DNA of 64,000 nt. Origin: Rhizophagus irregularis. Taxonomy: Eukaryota. The stretch is taken from positions 124,001-188,000 of the forward strand of contig NC_089436.1 in assembly GCF_026210795.1 (NCBI RefSeq), written 5' to 3'. Positions 54,468 through 64,000 of the stretch are shown one piece after another. The notes beneath the pieces are model-generated. The model made no database searches. It saw only the letters and a list, made by a program, of their open reading frames with translations, and was not told where the DNA came from. How positions within the stretch are numbered: the stretch's first letter is position 1; every line of letters starts with the position of its first letter. The position numbers were made by a program, and so were the translations under genes.

Positions 54468-54639
54468 ATTTACCAAAAAAAAAATAGTATAATTAAACTA
54501 TTTAGATCATTTATGAATGATTTTTTTTGAATGGATAGTATTTTTAAAAGTATATACAGTCAGCTCTGAACACTCCATAAGATTATGGATTAAAGCGAGA
54601 TATCAAAAAGGGGGTTGCGTACTATAACGAAATTTATAA

Positions 54640-55229
54640 AATGATAAATAAGTATTCCTTTGATGTTAATAAAATAGCAATAATTACTAATAGTAACATA
54701 CCATTATTTAACGTGGAATTTGATTGAACATCTTATGTATTCAATCTCAATATTAAGATTCTCGTAAGGGGTTTACACAATCGAACTCGCAAATACGCTA
54801 GATCGTTTGGTTTGTGCTTCAAAATGAGTCGTTTAAAGCCATTACGTCAACATCCTTAATTTTTAAAGTGATAAATAGATATCCTTTTAAAGTAGTGAGT
54901 CAAGAATTATGAATAATAACATACCATTATTTAACATAGAATTTTAATTACAAGTCCAACATTTGCATGTATTTACGTCGTTTTTCACCGATCATAGGAG
55001 AAATTGGTCTTGACAGTTTAATATCGAATAGGTTGATGAATTTGGACGTCGATGTAATCCGCAGCGATTTTAGCGTGAATTGAATTCATTTTCCTTTCAA
55101 CTATATTTCTCCGTGTAAGTGTCCATGAATAAGCGCATAAGGTTTGTTCAAAACACTCGCATATATGTTAGACCACCTGGTCCGTGTTTCAAGATAGGTC
55201 GTTTAAAAACCATCTTCTCGACGTCCTTA
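54640..55229. repeat. Two diverged tandem copies of a repeat ending in CCTTAA (probable non-autonomous DNA-transposon ends)
   Basis: Shared TAACATACCATTATTTTAAC block (~54694 and ~54917) and shared 3' block CTCGCA.AT...GTCGTTTAAA...TCCTTAA (ends ~54859 and ~55229). Confidence 0.7.
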
Positions 55230-55633
55230 ACGAATTTAATTCGTTCTAACCTTTTGGCCGTCAACTTTGATAACCGTAAGCAAGCTTTTTCTAGAGCAGT
55301 TTCCAGAGCTGGTCGAGTTTATAGTTATTGTATCAGAATATAAAGTAGGTTTTTAGGTACTGGTGTTTATAATAATAATAATAAAAGTACAACTAATAGT
55401 GGCTTTAAATATTTATTATTTATAAACTAACGCTACGTTCACTTCCTTTCACAAAAAGCGCTTCTTTATTTCTCTTGGGTAGTCCTATACTACAATGCAG
55501 AATAGGAACAGGACTTATAACTTCTGCATTTTTTTTCTTTTTAAATTTTTTAATTAAATAAATAAAAATACTAATATACTAATGTTACAGATGTTACGTT
55601 ACATTATTTTTTGTTGATGGTCACATTGGTCAA

Positions 55634-57154
55634 ATGCAACATTGTAAGTTACATGAACTTTTCATTTTTGGTATTTCAATAACAAAATTAATTTCGACTG
55701 GAAATTCTTTAATTTTCAGACTGCATAAACAACAAATGCAATCAAATTTTGTTGATGCACAAGAAAAGTCCATATTTTTATTTAGTGATATCAAAATAAA
55801 AGGGAATGATGGAGAGGAATTAAGTGCTCATCGAAGCATATTAGTGGCGCGTTCAGGATTATTTAATATTTTATTAAGTGGAAAGAATGTAACTACCCAA
55901 GATTTAATATTTCCAGAATTTTCTTCGAATACTTTACTCGTCATTCTTGAATATTTATATACAGGGAAAGTGACAGAAAAGAGCCTAATAATTGAAACAG
56001 TTGCTGAAGCTTATCATTGTGCTGATTTTTTCTTGATTGAACAACTAAAACTTCAAATTATTGAATTTTTTAAAAATCGTGATGTTGATAATAAGGTAAA
56101 TGTATCGGCTAAAATATTATCACAAATTTTGGAATATATGGAATCGTCAGATAATGAGTTGACTAATTTATTATACGATTCAGTTAGTTCAGTTCCATTA
56201 GAAACGATTGAATATTGTAATTTAAATGGAAAAGCATTGGAATATATTTTATCAAAGATCAAAAAGGAAGAAACCAATATGTTATCGACATTAGAATATA
56301 ATTTATTTCATTATATTATATTATGGGCCGCAAATGAAATTTCGGAAGAAACCTTATCATTTTACAGATCGTGTTTACCTTCTTCGGAAATTGTTAACAA
56401 TCTTAATACTACATACTTACAAAAATGGAATTTTAATATCCCTTTTAATATTCAAGAAATTCATTCAAGATATAAGCCGACAATGATAACAAAAACTTCA
56501 TCTTTACTTGATTATGTGAATTTAGATCGAATTCATCCATTAGTAATTTCCAATATAATTGAACCTCTCAGTGGATTAATTAGCCCAAATAAATTATCAG
56601 ATATACGTAAGAAATATGCCTTATTAGCCGGAAAATACATTTACATTTCGAGAGAAGTTCCTTCCTTACAGTGGAGTACTTGTGGTTATAATATGTGCTT
56701 ATATAGAAGTCCTTTTATTGTTACATCAAATTCTCTTTCACAAGGGTGGATTAGAACAGCCGTTCCTGTAAGCGGACAAGGTTTGATTGAATGGGATATT
56801 GTGGTCGAGAAGATGTGTTGTCAATTTTGGGTTGGGATTTGTACTATAAAAGGATTTAATGTTGATTACAATTCATGGCTTGGAAACCATGCATATGGTT
56901 GGGTTTTTGGTTCGAATGGAGTTATTTGTCATAATTCATCAAATTCCACGAATAAATACGGACAGAAATTTAAAGAAAAGGATATAATTACTGTACATTT
57001 AGATATGGAAGAAAGGACTTGTTCTTTTTCTGTTAATAGAATAAGTTATCCTGTTGCGTTTCGCGATTTACCTGACGAAATTTATCCAGCTGTATCATTA
57101 TGTGCACCTGGAAAAGCGAAAATTGAACCTCATGTTAAATATCAAAATTATTAA
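55634..57154 (+). CDS. BTB/POZ + SPRY (concanavalin-like) domain protein, copy A (intact, intronless)
   Basis: FSDIKIKG.DG..L.AHR.IL.ARS...LEYLYTG BTB; EWDIVVE...FWVGIC...GWVFGSNG...ITVHLDM..RTCSFSVN...YPAVSL SPRY. Start may be ATG 55736. Confidence 0.9.
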   Translation: MQHCKLHELFIFGISITKLISTGNSLIFRLHKQQMQSNFVDAQEKSIFLFSDIKIKGNDGEELSAHRSILVARSGLFNILLSGKNVTTQDLIFPEFSSNTLLVILEYLYTGKVTEKSLIIETVAEAYHCADFFLIEQLKLQIIEFFKNRDVDNKVNVSAKILSQILEYMESSDNELTNLLYDSVSSVPLETIEYCNLNGKALEYILSKIKKEETNMLSTLEYNLFHYIILWAANEISEETLSFYRSCLPSSEIVNNLNTTYLQKWNFNIPFNIQEIHSRYKPTMITKTSSLLDYVNLDRIHPLVISNIIEPLSGLISPNKLSDIRKKYALLAGKYIYISREVPSLQWSTCGYNMCLYRSPFIVTSNSLSQGWIRTAVPVSGQGLIEWDIVVEKMCCQFWVGICTIKGFNVDYNSWLGNHAYGWVFGSNGVICHNSSNSTNKYGQKFKEKDIITVHLDMEERTCSFSVNRISYPVAFRDLPDEIYPAVSLCAPGKAKIEPHVKYQNY

Positions 57155-57504
57155 ATTTAATAAATAAAAATGTTAAAATTGAAATAGAATGACTATATTT
57201 ATCCATCCGATGTAATAATAAATCTCGTAAAGAATTAACAAATCAGAGAACAATTGCAATTGCATATATGAAAGTAATGTAACCCATTTCATTAATTTAT
57301 ACATTACTTCATATAAAAGATGATATTTTACAAATCAATCACTTTAGAATATAAAATTTTATTGGCTGACAAGATACATGCTTTCTTTTAAAATTTTTAT
57401 CCTTTTTTGATCTACAAACCAATATGAACGCGTATTTATCAGATGATTGATTATATACGGTGAAGTGTATAATGTTTTCAAGAATTTTTTTCGGTAATGA
57501 CAGC

Positions 57505-57685
57505 ATGACAGCACATGAAGAAAACAGATTGTTACCAAAAGATTTAAATTTATAGTAGACAACTCTACTCAAAATAAAAGGAAATGATAGCAAAGAAATA
57601 ATGCTTATCAAGTGATGTTAAGATGTACTTAGGAGTTTGGATGAAAGAATCCACTTAAGAAGTAATTGAATTTCCAGAATTTACA
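57505..57685 (+). pseudogene. BTB-SPRY family N-terminal fragment, copy B
   Basis: AAAATAAAAGGAAATGATAGCAAAGAAATA (KIKGNDSKEI) and GAAGTAATTGAATTTCCAGAATTT (EVIEFPEF) match neighbouring copies, with stops and indels. Confidence 0.7.
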
Positions 57686-58344
57686 TATTTTAGATCACCA
57701 AATTTTGTTATTCTGGTGTTAAGGCATAAGCATGCCAGTTAAACCCGATAGCAAAGAAGTCGTCTCAAGTATCGCAGATCCAAGTTATGTAATGGCTGCA
57801 CAGGAATTAATCGCTGGCCAGTGCCCAGGGGAATCCGACGTCATAATTAATTTATATGTGATTTTAGTGTATAAAAAGCTTGCCAAATGGATCAAGATCT
57901 TGATTGTGATTTAATTTTTTTAAAAAATAAATCTCATTCACTAAATGTTATTTATTTTTTATTTTTGCTTTACTATATAAATTAATTTTAACTATTGTCT
58001 ACAACGAATTATAATTTTTATCTTAACTAATTAAATTTAATTTTTCACAGCGAGTCACCACTGAGTCACCATGATATGTGTGTACATTACAATTTGTCGA
58101 TTTTGAAACTAGCGATATCATATTAATTAACAGGCTGAGAATCCATGGTCCGTTGATACAGCAAAAAGATTTTATAGATTTCTATTTGCCCCACAAATAC
58201 AGTACGTAAATTTATCTTAAACAAAAAAGTGAAAACAAGTAAAGAGATTAACATATTAATTAAACACAATTTATATTATAATGCTAAATAAATATCTTTC
58301 TTTCTTTTAGAAAAAAAGGTATTAAATGAATTATAATTTAACTT

Positions 58345-59713
58345 CTTTAATTCTTGCCCTTCACGGTGCCCTTAGAGATACAGCAGGATAAACTTTGCCA
58401 GGTAAATTACGAAATGCAATAGGATATCTTTTTCCATTAACGGAAAAAGAACAAGTTCTCATATCCAGATGTACAGTAATTCTATCCTTTTCTTTGAAGG
58501 TTTGTCCATATTTAACTATGTGTATTATGACAAATAACTCCATTCGAACCAAAAACCCAACCATAGGCCTGTGCCCCAAGCCATGAATCGTAGTCAACAT
58601 TAAATCCCTTTTCTGTACAAATATCAACCCAAAAATACTCACATATTTTCTCAACCATAATATCCCATTCAAATAAACCTTGTCCGCTTATAGGAATTTT
58701 CATTCTAATCCATTCATGATGTGAAGAAGATTGTGAGATAACTGATTTATCTAAACGCATGTAGTTTCCATGAGCATGGTCGTCCCAATGAAATGAAACA
58801 TCATTTAAGTAAGCATATTCTCCAGCCAATAAAGCTTGCTTTCTATTAAGGTCCTTAAGTCAATTAAACCATTAAGGGGTTCAATAATATTTGAAATTAT
58901 AAATGGATGAATTCGTTCTAATTTCACGTGATTAAGTAAAGGGTATGTTTTTGGCATCATTGTTGATTGATATTTTGCATGCATATCAATAAGAGAGCTG
59001 CTAATTTTATTGAGACTTTTAGCAGTTTCTAAAGAAGGCAAACATGACCTATAAAATGATAAAGCTTCTTTTGAGATTCCGCTTGCAGTCCATAATATTA
59101 TATAATGAAATAAATCATATTCTGATAAGGAGAACATCTTGGTTTCCTCCTCTCTTGTGATATTTGATAAAATGTATTCCAATGCCTTGACATTTAAATT
59201 AGAATATTCGATTGACTTTAATGGAACTGAATTAATTGAATCGCATAATAAATCAGCAAATTTATTATTAGTTGATTCCATACATTCCAAAAGTCGGGAT
59301 AAAACTTTAGCGGAAAGGTTCCACTCGTTATCAGTGTTATTTCTTAGATAATTTTCAAAAAATTCAATAATTTGAAGTTTTAGTTGTTCGAGTAGAAAAC
59401 AATCAGCGCCATGGAAAGCTTCAGCAACTATTTCAATTGTCAAAGTTTGTTCTGTCACTTTTTTAGTATATAAATATTAAAGGATGACGTGTAAAATATC
59501 TGAAGAAAATTCTGGAAATTCAATTACGTCTTTAGTAGATTCTTTCACTCCATTTAATAATATACGTTTAAATACTTCTGAAGTACAATTAATATGTTTC
59601 GATGAGCACTTAATTCTGTTATATCATTTCCTTTTACTTTGACGGATGTCACTAAATAAATTGTTATTTAATAATGATTTTATATCATTTGATAGGGTTA
59701 TTTTCGTCTGCAT
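58345..59713 (-). pseudogene. BTB-SPRY copy C, full-length but frameshifted
   Basis: Homology from MQTKITLSNDIKSLL to YPAVSLRAP split across three ORF-track frames, plus a stop replacing E in ILEYLYT. Confidence 0.88.
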
Positions 59714-60538
59714 TATTGGGAGGGAAAAAAATCTCTTTCATATGAGAATTCAAGAAATATACTTGTATTTAAGTTTTTTTTTCCATTAAAGACAGTTTTT
59801 GGAATTGTGTAATTTGTCAAATACTTTAAAAGTTATTCATATACAACACGAGCTTCCATATTTGCTGACAGATATCATTAAATTGGTCAGTTTTTTGTAT
59901 CATTTCACGTTTGAACTATTTATATTGAGGAGTTTATAAATAAATATCTATGATTCTCACGTGAAAATCATTATTATATTTATTTTGTTGGTTAAATAAA
60001 AATCTTAGCATTTTAATTTTTAGAATAAGCTGTAAAGAAATTTTCAATGTTTGAACTTATTTAATAAACTTTTTTTTGTTCGAGTTATATACTTTGTTCA
60101 TGAAGAAATGAATGGAACAGAGTTCTTCTTACATATTTGTTTTTGGAAAATGTGATGCATCATTCTGACGCAATATAGTTATATGGCAGACAAGGACATT
60201 CTGTGAACAATTAGGATATAGTTGTCGTTCTTTAACCAGAAGGTTTTAGCGGATGTTATTGCCAACGCTCAAGCAAATAACAAAATAAAAGCTGAAAGTT
60301 TATATTTTGTCGCAAGATATCCCCCTTTGAGAATACCTCCCATGTAAAGTATCCACCGCCAGTATGTCAAATACGTCTTTCATTTCCACATATTTTAATG
60401 GTTATTATAAATAAAAAAATCTTTCATATATTAAATCCTTCTAGTATTGCTGGTATTAGATGGTGTCCCAGGTACAATATAACTTCTGAAGTCAGGTATT
60501 ATATATTATGCCCGGGGTATCTTGTGCAGTGCGGTACG

Positions 60539-60760
60539 TAGGATGAGGCGACTCGCTCGGTTCGGTTCGGTTCCGAAGTCCGAATCGATACTGTTGAGTT
60601 GAACAGAGTCAAACTGAAAAACATTTTGTCATTTCGGTCCAGATCCGAGTCAGTATATATCAAAATTTTATTAAACTCGATCTGGAACCGATGTACTAAA
60701 CCGGATGGAACGAACCGATTCAAGTCGCTCAAACCGAACTTTTTCCATCCTCCATCCCTA
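60539..60760. mobile_element. hAT-type MITE with 8-bp target-site duplication
   Basis: Termini TAGGATGAGG... / ...CCATCCCTA, subterminal CGGTT/AACCG motifs in inverted orientation, flanks GCGGTACG (60531-60538) and GCGATACG (60761-60768), 7/8 identical. Confidence 0.8.
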
Positions 60761-60944
60761 GCGATACGGTAATAGTTCTTTTAAAAAACTGGAAGTTTCA
60801 AACTTCCTTATTTTTTGTTAAATTGCATTAAAGTAACTGTTATTCTATTACTTTCTAAACACTTTTCCGTATTCATTCGGATAAGGTCTACAGTATTTTC
60901 TTGTGTATTTTGACATATAAACAGCAGAATGAACAGATGTATTA

Positions 60945-61798
60945 TTTAAATACACAATCCAAGCAAACGCTAATAAAGCTGCTTCCTATATACATTTATT
61001 AAGGCCTTTGAGTTAAACAAACCATTAAGGATTCAATGATATTTGAAACTATAAATGAATGAATTCGTACTAATTTCACATGACTAAGTAAAGGATATTA
61101 TTGTTAATTGATATTTTGCATTGTTTTTTGCACTGTATATTATGTATATAAATAATAGAGTTGCTAATCCTATTGAGACTTTTTTCCGAAGAATGTAAGC
61201 ATGATTTATAAAATGATAAAGCATCTTCCGAGATGCTTTTACAGCTCATAGTACTATATAGTGAAATAAATCATATTCTGGCAAGGCAAACATAATGGTT
61301 TCTTTTTTGATTTTTAATAAATATTATTCCAATGTAAATTACAATATTCGATTGACTTTAATAAAACTGAATTAATCGAATTGCATAACAAAGCAGCTGG
61401 TTCCATAGATTCCAAAAGTCGGGATAAAACTTTAGCGGAAAGATTCCACTCGTTTCAGTATTATTTCTTAGATAATTTTCAAAAATTCAATAATTTGAGG
61501 TTTAAGTTGTTCGAGTAGAAAATAATCAGCGCCATGAAAAGCTTCAGCAATTATTTCAATTGTCAAGTTCTGTCACTTTTACAATGTAGATACTCAAGGA
61601 TAACATGATGTAATATATCTGAAGAAAACTCTGGAAATTCAATTACGTTGAGTAAATTCTTTCATTCCATAAAATTTTGAACGCACCGCTAATATTACTT
61701 GATGAGTATTTATTTCTTTTCCGTTATTTGATATCACTAAATGAAACATTCTTGAATAGGAATTTTAAATTATTTGATAGGATTATTTCCGCTTGCAT
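60945..61798 (-). pseudogene. BTB-SPRY copy D, heavily decayed, SPRY part not recognisable
   Basis: Nucleotide similarity to copies C/E from MQAEIILSNNLK through AEAFHGADYFLLEQL to KAALLA, with many indels. Confidence 0.85.
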
Positions 61799-62151
61799 TA
61801 TTGAAAGTCTGTTGTGATCGTGGATTCAAAAAAAAGAGTAATAATTACATTGTTTTTAGTAAATTATTGGTTGGGTAATATTCTTTATAATAAGTATTCA
61901 AAATCAATTATTGCGATAAGAACATCATCAGATTATAAAATTTGAATGTGTACATGTACAAAGAGTAACACAATAGAAAATATTACTCTTCAGTCAGAAT
62001 CAAAACAATAATCAATTATAGTTTCAGATTTATTTATTATTAAAAGTTTCTTGAATATGCTTATGGTTTACCTTAATATTGAATCTTAAAATCCAGAAAT
62101 AATATCGTCATATTAAAAAAAAAGTTCTTCAGAATTAATTAATAAAATATT

Positions 62152-63579
62152 TCATTGACGAGGTTCAATCCTCGCCCTTCCTGGTGTTCTTAATGATACA
62201 GCAGGATAAATTTCATTAGGTAAATCACGAAATGCAATAGGATATCTTTCTCCATTGATGGAAAATGAACAAGTTCTTTCTCCCATATCCAAATGTACAG
62301 TTATTCTATCATTTTTTTTAAACTCTTTTCCGTATTTATTTGTATAAGGTCCATTTTCTTCTTGTGTATTATGACAAATAGCTCCATTAGAACCAAAAAC
62401 CCAGCCATATGCTTGTTTCCCAAGCCATGAATTGTAATCAACATCAAATTCTTTTATAGTACAAATTCCAACCCAAAAACAATCACATATTTCCTCAACC
62501 ACTATATCCCATTCAAATATATCTTGCCCGCTTATAGGAACTGCTGTTCTAATCCATTCATGTGAAAGAGAATTTGAAACAACAACAAACGTGCTTTTTA
62601 AGTACATATTACTACCACGAGCATTGTCATCCCATTGGAGTGAGATATCATTTAAGCAAATGTGCTTTCCAGCCAATAAAGCCTGCTTTCGATATACACC
62701 TATTAAGGTTTTTGAGTCAATCAAACCATCAAGAGGTTCAATGATATTTGAAATTATAAATGGATGAATTCGTTCTAATTTTACAAGATTAAGTAAAGGG
62801 TATGTTTTTGTTATCATCGTTGACTGATACTTTGCATGACCTTGTATATTATATATATCAAGAGAGACGTTACTATTTCTATTGAAATTTTTAAGAGTTT
62901 TTGAAGAAGGCAAACATGACTCATAAAATGATAAAGCCTCTTCTGAAATTTCATTAGCGGCCCATAATATAACATAATGAAATAAATCATATTCCGATAT
63001 AGAGAATATCTTGGTTCCTTCCTCTCTTTTGACATTTGATAAAATATATTCTAATGCTTTAAAATTTAAATTAAAATACTCTATTGACTTTAATGACATT
63101 GAATTAATTGAATCGCATAATAAATTAACAAATTCATTATTAGTTGATTCCATACATTCCAAAAGTCGGGACAACACTTTAGCGGATATATTTATCTTAT
63201 TTACATTATTATTTCTTAGGTGATTTTTAAAAAATTCAATTATTTGACATTTTAATTGTTCGAGTAAAAAATAATCAGCGCCATGAAAAGCTTCAGCAAC
63301 CATTTCAATTGTTAAAGTTTGTTCTGTCACTCTTCCAGTATATAGATATTCAAGGATAACATGTAAAGTATCTGAAGAAACTTCTGGAAATTCAATCACT
63401 TCTTGTAAAGATTCTTTCATTCCGTTTAATAACATACGTTTAAATACTTCTGAACGCACCGCCAATATCACTCGATGAGCGTTTATTTCTACTCCGTCAT
63501 TTCCTTTTATTTTGATATCACTAAGTAAAGTATTATTTAATAGAGATTTTAAATCATTTGATAGTGTTTCTGCATACAT
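62152..63579 (-). CDS. BTB/POZ + SPRY domain protein, copy E (intact, intronless)
   Basis: 475-aa ORF with the same BTB, helical linker and SPRY motifs as copy A. Confidence 0.92.
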   Translation of the reverse strand: MYAETLSNDLKSLLNNTLLSDIKIKGNDGVEINAHRVILAVRSEVFKRMLLNGMKESLQEVIEFPEVSSDTLHVILEYLYTGRVTEQTLTIEMVAEAFHGADYFLLEQLKCQIIEFFKNHLRNNNVNKINISAKVLSRLLECMESTNNEFVNLLCDSINSMSLKSIEYFNLNFKALEYILSNVKREEGTKIFSISEYDLFHYVILWAANEISEEALSFYESCLPSSKTLKNFNRNSNVSLDIYNIQGHAKYQSTMITKTYPLLNLVKLERIHPFIISNIIEPLDGLIDSKTLIGVYRKQALLAGKHICLNDISLQWDDNARGSNMYLKSTFVVVSNSLSHEWIRTAVPISGQDIFEWDIVVEEICDCFWVGICTIKEFDVDYNSWLGKQAYGWVFGSNGAICHNTQEENGPYTNKYGKEFKKNDRITVHLDMGERTCSFSINGERYPIAFRDLPNEIYPAVSLRTPGRARIEPRQ

Positions 63580-63966
63580 TATTGAGGAAAAAAAATGTTA
63601 GAAATTTAAAGAAACTTGAACGAATTTTATTAGGCTGAACATTAGTAATTTAACTTAAAAAGGTAAATCATATGAAAAATAAATACACAAAAATGATGAT
63701 CACATTAGATAGTCGTATCGGTGACTAAATAACGTATGTGTTGGAAATGTACAAAATTGCATTACAATAAAATTTTTAATTTTAAGGGAATATTTTATTT
63801 TAGTATAATTTCATCGTACAATATTATTTGTTAACTTTGAATATATCTAATAAGATGTCTCTTATTTTGTTTGTAATTTTAAATACTGTAACATAAATAA
63901 TCAAGAAATTTAAACATGAATAGATTTAAAAACTGGAAAAATAAAATAAACTAACCTTACATTTTT

Positions 63967-64000
63967 TCATTTTATTGAATTATATTGATGAGGTTCAATT
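63967..64000 (-). CDS. Probable C-terminus of a further BTB-SPRY copy (F) extending beyond the window
   Basis: Minus strand reads IEPHQYNSIK*, matching the IEPHVKYQNY* and IEPRQ* ends of copies A and E; only 34 nt visible. Confidence 0.5.
   Translation of the reverse strand, partial: IEPHQYNSIK

Noticed and set aside
60499..60732. 77-aa ORF as a gene
   Set aside because: Lies almost entirely within the hAT MITE and has no protein-like motif.

Overview
AT-rich, intron-dense eukaryotic (fungal) genomic DNA. Short ~70-90 nt introns, very low GC and expanded intronless F-box-like and BTB families point to an arbuscular mycorrhizal fungus (Glomeromycotina); this is an inference. Bases ~2-38 kb are a compact block of spliced conserved genes: a Ser/Thr/Asn-rich membrane protein, a complex I 17.8 kDa subunit, BET1 SNARE, MYND/Mss51-like, VIP1/PPIP5K, head-to-head ProRS and ValRS, an LYR protein, Zip3/RNF212, thioredoxin reductase, HP1/Swi6, an ADAM protease, F-box-like, PEX8 and an AMT1/MTA1-type 6mA methyltransferase. 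Bases ~38-43.6 kb are a CpG-poor region of decayed transposons with MITEs. ALG14, a BTB protein and a C12orf4/FERRY3 homologue with a UBA-like insert follow. From ~53 kb the window is accessory: a minisatellite, a decayed spliced gene, TTAA-ending repeats, a hAT MITE, and an array of at least six BTB-SPRY copies (two intact, three decayed, one cut by the window edge). Splicing oddities include a candidate U12-type intron in PEX8, three GC-AG introns, micro-exons, a possible unproductive splice switch in the 6mA methyltransferase, and a spliced uORF-containing leader on VIP1. No rRNA, tRNA or CRISPR array was seen. Gene models were built by eye, so exon boundaries are approximate unless stated.
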